The notes: generated from the letters alone by a model not told the origin. A stretch of DNA of 64,000 bases from Pecten maximus (GCF_902652985.1 NC_047015.1:12214001-12278000), one strand, 5' to 3'; positions 11,801-25,200 are shown, numbered from the stretch's first letter. Numbers and translations are program-made.

Positions 11801-14800
11801 GTTCAAATAAATAAAAAGGTTAGTTTGAATTTAAGATCTACATCAATGATGAACGGAGAAAGATGATTCATCCTCCTAATGGTTGTTTTATAAAATCATT
11901 TTAGTTATTTCTTGGATTACTATTCTTACCTCCACCATTGGAGAATTCACACATGAGATTTCCAAGATTCATCTTAGACCCCCAGCTAGTGGCAGATGGT
12001 TTCTTCTCTACATCCTTGATGTATCCAGAGAAAACTCTGAAACAAAACAGCGGCATAAAGTTATACCATACTAAACTAAAAACAGACATATTAATTTACC
12101 TACTGGTATATGAAAAGAAGACTTAGTTTTGTCAAGTGTAATGCTTTTAACGTCTAAGAAAAATTTGACCTGTAATCCTGATAAGTATATAAACCTCATT
12201 CAACAATGCGATGCTTACACAATCATGTAACTTATGTAAACTTCCAGCCTCAGGAGTATCTTTAAACAACATGCTGATGACGGTGACTTGTTCTGCCAGA
12301 GCACCTATTATACAAAGACTTTTTATCCCAAAAATTATTCATTCATTCAATATAGGAAGTAGTAGTTAATCCCCATAGCAATCCTGAAACCAAATATTAG
12401 AACTAGCCTGATTTATAGAAACCAATGCTGACACTGATGTGACAACATAATCTCCCCCTCTCTTCGAGAGGCGAGCTGTTAAGGTTCACCATTTCCTGAA
12501 GTGAAACAAGTATGCATACTTGCCATCTTTTTAGAAATCTCAGGGGGAGAAAAGTACATGAGCAACATCTTAACCAGACAACACACTCTGCGTATGACAC
12601 ATTCAAGAAAATAAAACCTAAGGGGAGATAATTTGCTACAGAAAAATGACTGCCCTTCCTGATCATCTCCGTAAAAGAAAAATTTACTAATACAGATATG
12701 TACAAAAATATTTTTACTTGCTTTTAAAATTACCTCTATTTCTGAGAATTGTCATCAGAACTCACTTATTAAGCTGTCTTATAAGACTCCTTTATTCTCA
12801 CATAGATACAGTAATGTATGTTATCAAAAGTATGCTTTAAACTAAAATTAATGTCAATTAATGCAAATTTTTACAATGATATTACAGCTAGCAGACTTTC
12901 TAGCAGTTACATAAAATAAATTGTCAAAAATGCTACAATAAATATCTGAAATATTATATATATTTCTCTCAGAATGTGAATATGGAATGTCAATTTCAGC
13001 CAAAATAGGTCTCAGGTAATTGTTACTCTGTATTACACAAGCATATGATGATTGAAACAATGTGAAGCACATGTTTACAGATGGCCAGGCCTTTGGTCTA
13101 AATAGGTCGTTGTTAATGATTTATTGAAATGTTTGTGTAATTTTAATAAGCAAGTCAATGATTCTTGTATCTGTTTACTGTACAGAAGAGATCATTTGTG
13201 TGTTTGAGATCAAATCATAGTATATGAAGCCATGTACAAGCATTTAACAAACCATGATCAACCTTTACATTAAATGCTATGAAACCATCATGTGACTGCA
13301 GCTTATAACTAATCGGTTTATCTATTTATCACGGTAACTAATCGGTTTATCTATTTATCACGGTAACTAATCGGTTTATCTATTTATCACGGTAACTAAT
13401 CGGTTTATCTATTTATCACGGCAGTGTCACACTTGGAGTCAGTGAAGTGCCAAATTTTGTTACATGTGTTATTATTATCAAAAGGTCTCCCCAATCGGGC
13501 TGTTACCCTATATTTGACCAATGCAGTTGGGAAACAGGACACAGAGGATGGCATCGGGAAAGTCCCAACTAAATTGGGAAAGTCGGCAAGAATGAATATG
13601 CCAGGTTCAATTATCCTACAAGATAAAACTTTACAAAGTTTTTCAAAAAGTAATGGAAAATTGTCAAAGTTGATTTAAACAACATTGATCTTTTGAAGAA
13701 ACCATACAAACATATCTAAAGTGATCAGCTGATAACCTATGGGTGTACAGCTGTGTAGGGGCAATGACTGGCTTATAGGAGGACTGGAGGTCTGGAGCAA
13801 CATGTATCAGTCTTACCTTGCCTTAAAATCGGTGGAGCCTGCTGCCAACAGAATGTTGTTTGGATGCCAGTCAAGGCTGCAAAACAAACAAGTACATGTA
13901 ACAAAACAGTACACAGTATATACTAAAAATTGGTCACAGTACTAACTATTAATTACAAAATATCTATAAATCACTGAAATCATATCAAACTATCAGACAT
14001 GAGAGGTGGCAACCCTGAACTATCTGTAATAGAATATAGACTTTTTAGTACAGACTTCTATGCAGATAATGTAATATAGACTTATCTACTAATAATGTAA
14101 CACAGACTTATCTACAAATAATGTAACAGCCTTATCTACACATAATATAACACAGATTTATCTACACATAATATAACACAGGCTTATCTATAGATAATGT
14201 AACACAGACTTATCTACACATAATATAACACAGATTTATCTACAAATAATGTAACACAGACTTATCTACAAATAATGTAACACAGACGTAATAGCTATAG
14301 ATAATGTAACACAGACTTATCTATACATAATGTAACAAAGACTTATCTATAGATAATGTAACATAGACTTATCTATAGATAATGTAACACAGACTTATCT
14401 ATAGATAATGTAACACAGGCTTATCTATAGATAATGTAACACAGACTTATCTATAGATAATGTAACACAGACTTATCTATAGATAATGTAACACAGACTT
14501 ATCTATAGATAATGTAACACAGACTTATCTATAGATAATGTAACACAGACTTATCTATAGATAATGTAACACAGGCTTATCTATAGATAATGTAACACAG
14601 ACTTATCTATAGATAATGTAACACAGACTTATCTATAGATAATGTAACACAGACTTATATATAGATAATGTAACACAGACGTAATAGCTATAGTTAATGT
14701 AACAAAGACTTATCTATAGATAATGTAACAAAGACTTATCTATAGATAATGTAACACAGACTTATCTATAGATAATGTAACACAGACTTATATATAGATA

Positions 14801-17213
14801 ATGTAACACAGGATTATTTACAAATAATGTAACACAGGATTATTTACAAATAATGTAACACAGACTTATCTACAAATAATGTAAAACAGAATGCTGTCAC
14901 TTATCTCTGGTCGTTGTTCTAATGAATGTAATAGTAGGAATGAATCACGATATAAAAAGATTAACATACACATATCTGCTCAAGTTGAATTGTCATGTTC
15001 AATACAGATATGTTCATGACATGACTAAAACATGACACATTATGCTAAGCTTAGCCAATAAAAAGACAGTTTTCTGCTGGTCGTGGATGTTGCTGATGTG
15101 ACACACTGAATGCTGATTAATTGATTTGATAATGTGATGACTTACCATGTAACAGTTGATCGTATTGGCTTCTTGATGTGCTTACTGACCCACCACTTAT
15201 TATCTTCTTCAAAGTAGCAAATGGAAATGATACGAGCACCACTTCCAACTGCAAATTTGTTCTCTGTAACAAGAAACAGTTATATAGGAATTTCATGGAA
15301 CTGCATATTTACAATAGAAGTTTATTAGATGTCATATGATACTGAAACAAATGATTAGTTCCAAACAAAATCAAGCATATCTTACCATCTGGTGACCAGC
15401 GCACACAAGTTGCTGCACGGTTGATTCTTAAGATTACCAGGACGGGCTTCCATTTACCATCATCCTGGAGAGTCCAAACATAGGCATTCCTGTCCTGAAG
15501 TAACAAAAATAGTTCTAATTACAACAAGGTAGAGCGTTGCAATCAATCCATTGTTCCCCACCTGTAGCCAAACTTCATTACCAAACAGGGACAAATGATC
15601 CTAACTTTATACAACATTTATGCAGTAGAAACATGAACTAAACTCTTAACTTGAAAATTCACTATCCCGAGACAGTACTCAAATACAATACTGTGTCATG
15701 TAAGTGATGTAGTGTATGAGAGAGATGCATCACACAAAGTAACATTTACAAAGAACAAGGGGCCATAACTCATATATAATGTATCATACACAGTAACATT
15801 ACAAAGAACAAGGGGCCATAACTCATATAAAATGTCTCGCACAAAGTAACATTAACAAAGAACAAGGGGCCATAACTCATATACAATGCCTCATACAAAG
15901 TCTCATATAAAATGTCTCACACAAAGTAACGTTTACAAAGAACAAGGGGCCATAACTCATATATAATGTCTCACACAAAGTAACGTTTACAAAGAACAAG
16001 GGGCCATAACTCATATATTATGTATCATACACAGTAACATTACAAAGAACAAGGGGCCATAACTCATATAAAATGTCTCGCACAAAGTAACGTTTACAAA
16101 GAACAAGGGGCCATAACTCATATATAATGTCTCACACAAAGTAACATTAACAAAGAACAAGGGGCCATAACTCATATACAATGTCTCACACCAAGTAACA
16201 TTAACAAAGATACAAGGGGCCATAACTCATATACAATGCCTCTTACAAAGTCTCATATAAAATGTCTCACACAAAGTAACGTTTACAAAGAACAAGGGGC
16301 CATAACTCTGTATAGAGGTGGGCCTGATACATTATCTCAAAAGGTACTCGTGTGTGATCACACACACACAGTATGTGAAGCATGACCCAACAAAGTTACC
16401 TGAGTTACTCTGAAAAATATCATCCCAGTGATATTGTCACCAGCTACTTCAAGCAGAACCCTACCTCAAAGTAGCCTTGGCTGTTTAGTGGGACAATAAA
16501 CCCAACAAACATGCCCTAATCAACTTTATAATGATCTAAACTAAATTCTGTCATTACAGCACTAAGTCCTTTTCAAGTTTTACAGAATTGTTTGACTTAC
16601 AGCACCACAGGTGACAATGTTGTTACTTTTGGGTGCCCAATCAATACTAGTCACACGCTGTCCATGTTCGCTCAGGGTGGCAGTGTTGTTGTAGGTGATG
16701 CCAGTCTTCTTGTACACCTTCACCTCATGATTATTTAGAGAAACAGCAACCTCTGAAAAAGGATAGAAATAGCATTACATAGTAAAAGGTCTAAAGAGAA
16801 CACATACAACCTAAATGCCTCTATAAATGCTTTGTTAATTAAACTTGATTTGATCGAGTGGCCAATTGTTTTCCTCATAATGCTGATATTTACCAAATGA
16901 TTTCTGTAGAATTATTGATTGCCCATCCCTGTCATTGCAATGAACAGCAACTTATAATGATTTGAGAAAACTCAAAATTAAGGATCTAAATTACTATGTT
17001 TCTGGACCATATATACAAACTTGCTGTCTCAGAAACATAATTGGAATAGGATGTACATATCTATCTATATATTTTGCTTTACAGAGACCAGAATTATTTT
17101 AATGCAAAAATTAAAAATATACTCCTTGTTGTGACAACTTCCATACCTGTATGATTGTTGTTCCAGGAATGAGTAGTAACTGGATCTATACCGAAGCTGA
17201 ATGTCTCAGGCAT
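8896..17213 (-). CDS. ARPC1A: Actin-related protein 2/3 complex subunit 1 (ARPC1A/B, p41-Arc, WD40); one internal coding segment is missing from this sequence
   Basis: Coding exons on the minus strand, all GT-AG: 17213-17147, 16752-16601, 15494-15386, 15263-15146, 13876-13817, 12036-11930, 11586-11484, 9825-9750, [gap], 9197-9107, 8934-8896 (TAG). Translation: [18 protein letters not shown]...[30 protein letters not shown]...[92 protein letters not shown]...[22 protein letters not shown]...[29 protein letters not shown]. This is colinear with known ARPC1 proteins. Confidence 0.96.
9240..9620. repeat. 40-bp minisatellite in an ARPC1 intron
   Basis: Unit CCAGTGTGTTGAGACAATATACCATTGTGATATATAATAA. 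Confidence 0.9.
9944..10185. repeat. Degenerate tandem repeat of about 70 bp (dimeric)
   Basis: ATCAAAAGTAGGTCACTGAGGAGTAC recurs at 10021, 10091 and 10161. Confidence 0.8.
10562..10938 (+). mobile_element. Short, diverged HINE-like element of the 43064/51697 family
   Basis: Same 5' box (GGTCATCTGACTCTAAA), one core subunit (GCCATCTTGGATTT...AATAACAACACTTGGTCAGGA), and the same 3' box. Confidence 0.7.
11371..11554. repeat. 92-bp tandem duplication of an ARPC1 exon 3' end plus its donor site
   Basis: 11371-11462 is nearly identical to 11463-11554. Confidence 0.9.
13306..13421. repeat. 29-bp tandem repeat x4
   Basis: Unit TAACTAATCGGTTTATCTATTTATCACGG. Confidence 0.9.
14030..14890. repeat. 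26-bp minisatellite
   Basis: Unit ATCTATAGATAATGTAACACAGACTT, about 30 copies. Confidence 0.92.
15730..16308. repeat. Minisatellite with a unit of about 54 bp
   Basis: Unit CACAAAGTAACGTTTACAAAGAACAAGGGGCCATAACTCATATATAATGTCTCA. Confidence 0.9.
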
Positions 17214-17902
17214 ATTGTTACTATGTCTTCAGCTATAAGGATAAACCATGTTAACATGTAAATTAATGTGATTTCAATAGTGTAGTCAATCTGAATTAAC
17301 TATGTCAACAGAACATTAAATAACACAGGGATACATTTACACTTCCAATCAACAAGATAGGGAAGATACAAATCAGACCATGATACTCAGAACCTGTGAT
17401 TTCAATGAAGTGCTGTACTAGGTTGTTAATTCTACTTTGCTTAATTTATCCCAGAACTATGATGTTTAACTATGCCATCATTCTAGGAGAATTTAATATT
17501 TTTCAATTATACTGTTCTAGTTTCTTGTAAATTATCCTTTACTGCCTTATAAGCTTGATCAGTAGAACAAACAGACTGTTAAGACAGTGGTCTCTGGTTT
17601 GATCCACTGGTAGAGACACACTAGACCAACTTACTTTCCTGTAAAATGTACATTGCAAATGCATTGCTTGCATACATTGCCCTTTACAAAGCTTTTTTTT
17701 TTTTTTGCTTGCAAATATGTAGGGTTGCAGAAATGGACTGGACTAGTACTGGAAGCTGGTGACAGGAAGCACAATAGTTAATATTTCTATGAATATTTCT
17801 TAGACTAGAACAGAAACTTTATATATACTTCAGTATTTTGACTTTCATTAATCACTTGGACTTCTTCAGGTCTAGTGATAGTCAGTGAGTTAAGGTCACT
17901 CA

Positions 17903-17945
17903 CTCAGCTGAAGAAGGCCAAGTGATTTGGTTGAAATATACTGAG
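17903..17945 (+). ncRNA. Minimal type I hammerhead motif in ARPC1 intron 1 (antisense to ARPC1)
   Basis: CUCAG-CUGAAGA-A-GGCCAAG-uga-UUUGGUU-GAAA-UA-UA^CUGAG. Stem I is 5 bp, stem II is 7 bp with G-U pairs, and stem III is the palindrome AUAU. Confidence 0.6.
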
Positions 17946-18039
17946 GTACATATAAAGTTTCTGTGCTAGTCTTAGAACTATACATAGAATTATGTCATCA
18001 GAACGAGAGATCAATATATTTAGTTGTAATAGTTATATA

Positions 18040-18298
18040 TTGTCTGTTTAGTGTTCCAGGGTTTGAGTCTTACTCTGCTCATTGCATTTTTCATATCCTG
18101 TTACATTTAGCACCCAACTTAAATACCCATCAAGGTGGTATTCGTGTCTCGTGAGGTGTCTTTGAGGTAAACAACTTTGCTGGAGGTGGGGGAAATGCAC
18201 CGATAGTGGAACTGGACAGGGCTGAATGCTGATGACCAGGTTGCAGCTCAAATGGTTAGAGTACCTGTCTAAGAGTTTGGAAGTCACAGGTTCCAGTC
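18040..18298 (+). mobile_element. Decayed TRIM-like miniature LTR element related to 36469-36597
   Basis: LTR 3' end (...TCCTGTTACA, 18105), then PBS-like TAGCACCCAAC (18108-18118), a short internal region, PPT GGAGGTGGGGGAAA (18182-18195), and a second LTR starting with TG that contains GACCAGGTTGCAGCTCAAATGGTTAGAGTA. Confidence 0.55.
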
Positions 18299-18856
18299 AT
18301 CTTAGACTATTTGTTTTTGTAACATACACATGTATGTTGTTACGTATAATTATTTTTCAAGGCCTAATAGGATTGAAACAATGAGCTCTGCAAGATATTC
18401 TGTGGTTTGGATAAACAAAAGCCAAAAGCCAATGCACAATATTTTTTCATAACCTGATCAATACGTTCCACCAAAGTCCATAAGTCTGGTCACATTTCCT
18501 ATTCACTTTAACCCACATTGAACAACTACCCTCTCTTACACATCATGGGACTACATGCAATTTTATAGCTCAAAGGTCATCCCATCAATAATTAAGGTAA
18601 AACGAGACGCTTCATTACGTTTACCAACATATCCTTACAACTCTTTCAGATAACAGTATTAACATTAATATCATGCATACGTATCGCACATATTAGATCT
18701 AAAGAAAATATGAAAATTTTAATTTCCTGTTGACTGTAAAATCTGATCTGATGATTCATTTTATGACCTGCCAAGAAGTGTCGCGTTTTGCAGTGATATT
18801 AATTTTCTGCTGAAATGTTGTAATACACAGACATTAAACATGAATAATCGATTTAC

Positions 18857-18945
18857 CCGAAATGAGGTTAATTCGTATTCCGGTTGGCTATTCGATTCGT
18901 GGACTCTGGCCAGTCGACACGAATGTCTCTCCCAAGTGATTATCT
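18857..18945 (-). other. ARPC1A: Probable non-coding first exon (5' UTR) of ARPC1
   Basis: CpG-rich segment ending in the donor CGG|GTAAAT at 18857/18856. The next exon's acceptor (ccttatag|) is at 17232, 19 nt before the ATG, so an upstream exon is required. The start coordinate is approximate. Confidence 0.55.
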
Positions 18946-19265
18946 TCAAAACCAATGCGGAAGCAACACGCCCGGTGTATGATATGATAACCTCTATACA
19001 TATTTATAAACTCACATATGAAATAAAAATTCTGATACCTTTAAAATATATTTGACTATGATATCACAATTCATAGAGATTTAGAAATCTATATTATATA
19101 CAATTATCACATTTTTAATTAAAGTTTTTTTTATTTTATTTTTACAAAATATTATTTTAGTTTTACGAGGACATCATGTCTTCTGGGTTCAAAAAGGTCA
19201 AGGGTCAGAGTGAACTTCCTAGATACACATCCTGCTCCTGCCTGCCATGTGGATTAGCTGTCAAG
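18946..19265. promoter_or_regulatory. Bidirectional promoter region shared by ARPC1 and CNPY3/4
   Basis: The two 5' ends diverge about 300 bp apart. An ETS-like GCGGAAG lies at about 18957. Nuclear-receptor half-sites GGTTCA-aaa-AGGTCA-a-GGGTCA lie at 19186-19207. Confidence 0.6.
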
Positions 19266-22200
19266 ATGAACTACGTTCGCGTATTCACACTAACGTGCCT
19301 ATGTCTGGTATCATTAAACACAATCTCTATGGCAGATGACGACGATGATGAAGATCCCGTGAGAAAGGCAACTTTATGTGAAGGTATTCTCTTGAATTTA
19401 TATAATTAATTGTAAATGCCCATTCTATACATCTGTGTTTCCGTGGTGGTTGAACATGATCTGACTACACTGTGTCTGTGTCCTATCTAGTCAACAAGTG
19501 ATTGTGATATTGCAGGTAACACTTTTTTTGCAGAATAGGTTGTTAAATTAGTCTCATTATATAGGAGCTTCTACCAAAACTGTTCTTTACCTTCTACATA
19601 GAACTGATAAGGAAATGAGACAATAGCAGGAAGATTAATTTTCAACTGTCAACCACCATGCAGGTATATATTAATTTGTATTGGGAAAATTAGTTTGCAG
19701 CTTCTCTTTAATGGGAGTTTACAGGTGGGCTCCATCCGAGCCTAATAGTTAACTATGAGATTATGATTTAATAATCTATTTTTGTCTTGCTTAAAGTATA
19801 AGTACTCAAAAGCGACTTCATGCTCTTTTGAGGGGCTTATCATATTATTGGGGACACAGAAAAATAACAAGTTGCAAATACAAATGTAAATAACTACAGC
19901 CTAAAGAAAATGAAGATTTTACCATGGGAAGCCATTGTTAGATTGTTTCCCGAAGCATTGATTTGATCCCTGAATTTAACTTTGATTCACTCTATAGGTC
20001 CTAATTTATTTGCCAAGGGTTCTAAATGTGGTTCCTAATATAATAAGCTTGCCTATTGAAGAGAGGGGGAGCTTATGTTGTAACCCAAGCACCGGTTTCT
20101 AACTATTAAGTTTTTGGTGAGAGTATTGAAAGGTATCAGTAAAAAATACTTTATAATTGTACTAGGGTTTTGATTTTTGATTGTGGGGGTTAACTGTTAC
20201 TATCAAGAGTCGGCTTGAATATTTTTTGGGGAAAAAGACTCCTTTATAATTGTACAAGGGTTCTCATATTTGGTTTCAGGGTTTGCTGTAGAGGTTAACT
20301 TTTCCTATCAGGAGTCAAATACGTTTCATAATAATGATAATTTCCATGCTTTTTTGCCATGCAAAACCTAATTTAAACTATGTCTATTTTAGCATACAAG
20401 TTGTATGTACTAGCAAATATATAAGTTAATATAGTTTCTAGTATGTGAACTCACTTTGTGTTCTAGTGTGAGGTGTAGTGGTCACTAGGTCCTTTATTTG
20501 TCATGTGTCCTAACTGTGGTTCCTGATTCTAGTGTGAGGTCTATATAGTGATCATTAGATCCTTTATTTGTCAGAGGTCCTGATTCTAGTGTGAGGTATA
20601 TATAGTGATCACTAGGCCCTTTATTTGTCAGGGGTCCTGATTCTAGTGCGAGGTGTAGTGATCACTAGGCCCTTTATTTGTCAGGGGTCCTGATTCTAGT
20701 GTGAGGTATGATCATTAGACCCTTTATTTGTCAGGGGCCCTGATTCTAGTGTGAGGTGTAGTGATCATTAGACCCTTTATTTGTCAGGGGTCCTGATTCT
20801 AGTGTGAGGTATAGTGATCATTAGACCCTTTATTTGTCAGGTGTCCTGATTCTCGTGTGAGGTGTAGTGATCACTAGGCCCTTTATTTGTCAGGGGTCCT
20901 GATTCTAGTGTGAGGTATGATCATTCTTCCCTTTATTTGTCAGGGGTCCTGATTCTAGTGTGAGGTATGATCATTCTGCCCTTTACTTGTCAGGGGTCCT
21001 GATTCTAGTGTGAGGTGTAGTGATCACTAGGCCCTTTATTTGTCAGGGGTCCTGATTCTAGTGTGAGGTATAGTGATCATTAGGCCCTTTATTTGTCAGG
21101 GGTCCTGATTCTAGTGTGAGGAATAGTGATCACTAGGCCCTTTATTTGTCAGGGGTCCTGATTCTAGTGTGAGGTATATATAGTGATCACTAGGTCCTTT
21201 ATTTGTCAGGGGTCCTGATTCTAGTGTGAGGTATAGTGATCACTAGGCCCTTTATTTGTCAGGGGTCCTGATTCTAGTGTGAGGTGTAGTGATCACTAGG
21301 TCCTTTATTTGTCAGGGGTCCTGATTCTAGTGTGAGGTATAGTGATTACTAGGCCCTTTATTTGTCAGGGGTCCTGATTCTAGTGTGAGGTGTAGTGATC
21401 ACTAGGTCCTTTAATTGTCAGGGGTCCTGATTCTAGTGTGAGGTGTAGTGATCACTAGGTCCTTTATTTGTCAGGGGTCCTGGTTCTAGTATGAGGTGTA
21501 GTGATCACTAGGCCCTTTATTTGTCAGGGGTCCTGATTCTAGTGTGAGGTATAGTGATAACTAGGTCCTTTATTTGTCAGGGGTCCTGATTCTCGTGTGA
21601 GGTGTAGTGATCACTAGGTCCTTTATTTGTCAGGGGTCCTGATTCTAGTGTGAGATATAGTGATCACTAGGTCCTTTATTTGTCAGGGGTCCTGATTCTA
21701 GTATGAGGTGTAGTGATCACTAGGCCCTTTATTTGTCAGGGGTCCTGATTCTAGTGTGAGGTGTAGTGATCACTAGGCCCTTTATTTGTCAGGGGTCCTG
21801 ATTCTAGTGTGAGGTGTAGTGATCACTAGACCCTTTATTTGTCAGGGGTCCTGATTCTAGTGTGAGGTATAGTGATCATTAGACCCTTTATTTGTCAGGG
21901 GTCCTGATTCTCGTGTGAGGTGTAGTGATCACTAGCTATAGGTCCTTTATTTGTCAGGGGTCCTAACTGTGGTTCCTGATATAATTTTGACTTGGTGTCA
22001 GTGACACTCGGAACATTTAAGAGAGGTAAACTGTTTTAAAATATAAATGAACCATTAACAGTTCACATGCTATTTATTTTTCAACAGTGTGTAAATTTTT
22101 AGCTACTGAGCTAAAAGATAGATTGAAAGAGACAGGAAAATCAAAAGCGGTGTTAGAAACTGGCCATGGCTTCGACAAAAAGAAGAAGAGGGTGGAATAC

Positions 22201-25200
22201 CAGAAATCGTAAGTTTCTGTAATGATGTCACATATCGTGACTTTTTCCTGTTCAGTGTTTCAGTCATTGTTAATATGTTCCTGTCGTTCATTTGCCCACC
22301 ACTCTCAGATGGTTCTTAATTATACACATTCCATTTTGAGTCTGATTGAGGGAAAAATGGCTGACAGATAGCTATCTTGAATTTTGATGATAGAAGAATG
22401 TTATCGCTATTTCTTTAGAAGTACTGGAAGGAAATTTTTGAAATTGGATGTGTAGGTTCACCTCAGTTCCTAGTTTTGCCTTTTTTAATTTGTAATTTTT
22501 AGACTGAACTAGAAAACAAGATCGATGACAGGCAACCATTTTGGATTTGATAGTTAAAGTTTGTTATCGCTGTTTCTAATTTTGATACTGAATTAAGCAG
22601 GTTACATCGGTCTCTTATTATGCCTATTTGATTTTGAGACTGTTCAGAGGATAGAAATGGCCGAGGTAATGTAAGCTTCCTTGTCGTTTATCAGGACGAG
22701 GTAATGCAAGCTTCCCTGTTGTTTATCAGGACGAGGTAATGTAAGCTTCCTTGTTGTTTATCAGGACGAGGTAATGTAAGCTTCCTTGTTGTTTATCAGG
22801 ATGAGGTAATGTAAGCTTCCTTGTTGTTTATCAGGACGAGATAATGTAAGTTTCCTTGTTGTTTATCAGGACGAGGTAATGTAAGCTTCCCTGTTGTTTA
22901 TCAGGACGAGGTAGTGTAAGTATCTTTGTTGTTTATGAGGACGAGGTAATGTAAGCTCCCTTGTTGTTTATCAGGACGAGGTAATGTAAGTTTTTGTGTT
23001 GTTTATGAGGATGAGGTAAATGTTTCAAGCTCCCTTGTTGTTTATGAGGACGAGGTAATGTAAGTTTCCCTGTTGTTTATCAGGACGGGGTAATGTAAGT
23101 ATCTGTGTTGTTTATGAGGATGAGGTAAATGTTTCAAGCTCCCTTGTTGTTTATGAGGACGAGGTAATGTAAGTTTCCCTGTTGTTTATCAGGACGGGGT
23201 AATGTAAACTTCTGTGTTGTTTATCAGGACAAGGTAATGTAAGTATCCTTGTTGTTTATCAGGACGAGGTAATGTAAGTATCCTTGTTGTTTATCAGGAC
23301 GAGGTAATGTAAGTTTCCCTGTTATTTATCAGGACGGGGTAATGTAAGTATCTGTGTTGTTTATGAGGATGAGGTAAATGTTTCAAGCTCCCTTGTTGTT
23401 TATGAGGACGAGGTAATGTAAGTTTCCCTGTTGTTTATCAGGACGGGGTAATGTAAACTTCTGTGTTGTTTATCAGGACAAGGTAATGTAAGTATCCTTG
23501 TTGTTTATCAGGACGAGGTAATGTAAGTATCCTTGTTGTTTATCAGGACGAGGTAATGTAAGTTTCCCTGTTATTTATCAGGACGGGGTAATGTAAGTTT
23601 CCTTGTTGTTTATCAGGACGAGGTAATGTAAGCTTCCCTGTTGTTTATCAGGACGAGGTAGTGTAAGTTTCCTTGTTGTTTATGAGGATGAGGTAATGTA
23701 AGTTTCCTTGTTGTTTATCAGGACGAGATGATGTAAGCTTCCCTGTGTAAGCTTCCCTGTTGTTTATCAGGACGAGGTAGTGTAAGTTTCCTTGTTGTTT
23801 ATCAGGACGAGATAATGTAAGTTTCCTTGTTGTTTATCAGGACGAGGTAATGTAAGCTTCCCTGTTGTTTATCAGGACGAGGTAGTGTAAGTTTCCTTGT
23901 TGTTTATCAGGACGAGGTAATGTAAGCTTCCCTGTTGTTTATCAGGACGAGATAATGTAAGTATCTGTGTTGTTTATGAGGACGAGGTAATGTAAGCTCC
24001 CTTGTTGTTTATCAGGACGAGGTAATGTAAGTATCTGTGTCGTTTATGAGGACGAGGTAATGTAAGTTTCCCTGTTGTTTATCAGGATGAGGTAATGTAA
24101 GCTTCCTTGTTGTTTATCAGGACGAGGTAATGTAAGCTTCCCTGTTGTTTATCAGGAGGAGGTAATGTAAGCTTCTGTGTTGTTTATCGGGACGAGGTAG
24201 TGTAAGTATCCTTGTTGTTTATCAGGACGAGATAATGTAAGTTTCCTTGTTGTTTATCAGGACGAGATAATGTAAGGTTCCCTGTGTAAGCTTCCCTGGT
24301 AGTATAGAAATTATTCTTCCTGTTGAAAAAGAGACCTTGTAAGATTTCCTGTGATAGATTACTGGAGACCTTGTTTTCCAATGGAAACTTTGAGGACAAT
24401 TGTAATCTGCCTTTTTGACGCATATACTCTGTATAAAATGTATAGAAACTCATGTAATTACCAATTTAGGGCGCTGCCTCCTGGACATATTAAAAGATAT
24501 TTATTTCATATGATTTTAAAAGCAAAGTCTAGTTCACATTAACACCATACAATATTCATTTTGTTTTCCATTTGAGAACATACACTAAAGTCAGTCTTAC
24601 TGACCTTGTTATTGCAGAGAGCTGAGACTAATTGAGGCCCTACATGAGCCCCATATATGTCAACAGATCCTGAAGTACAAAGTCCACAAGGAAAAGAAGG
24701 GATCACTGAGATTTGACAAAAGAGAAAGTGAAACCATGCAGACACTTCATGGTTTAGTGTATGTGATGAAACATCTGTTTGACGTACATGTAGAATTATG
24801 GGAGAATTAAGGGTAGAACATGCTGTGTATTCTGATCTGTGATTCCTTAATACAAGCATTACAGTGCTAGATGTGACAGAACCATCAAGCTTTCTCCTGA
24901 TGAATTATGATAACATAGTTTCAAGATAAAAACAGCCAATGTATTAAAATCTTTACATTTCTCAATAACAAAAGTGATGTTACTTGCCCAAGATGCTGTA
25001 ATAAAACCTAAATAAAAGGGCTAAACATTTGGTCAAATGAATGACTTTCAAGGTTACACATGTCAGAGCTGTTGTCAGCTATCTGGATGTCTGTTTATGT
25101 TGATTAGAGATTATTTTCTTCCTTAGGAACAAGGGAGTGAAGGTAGATCTGGGCATCCCTGAGGAGATGTGGGACACACCCTCGGCTGAAGTTACTGACA

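Noticed and set aside
19176-19265. Upstream in-frame ATG extending CNPY
   Set aside because: It would put 30 non-hydrophobic residues ahead of the signal peptide. The ATG at 19266 (AAGATGA) gives a canonical N-terminal signal sequence.
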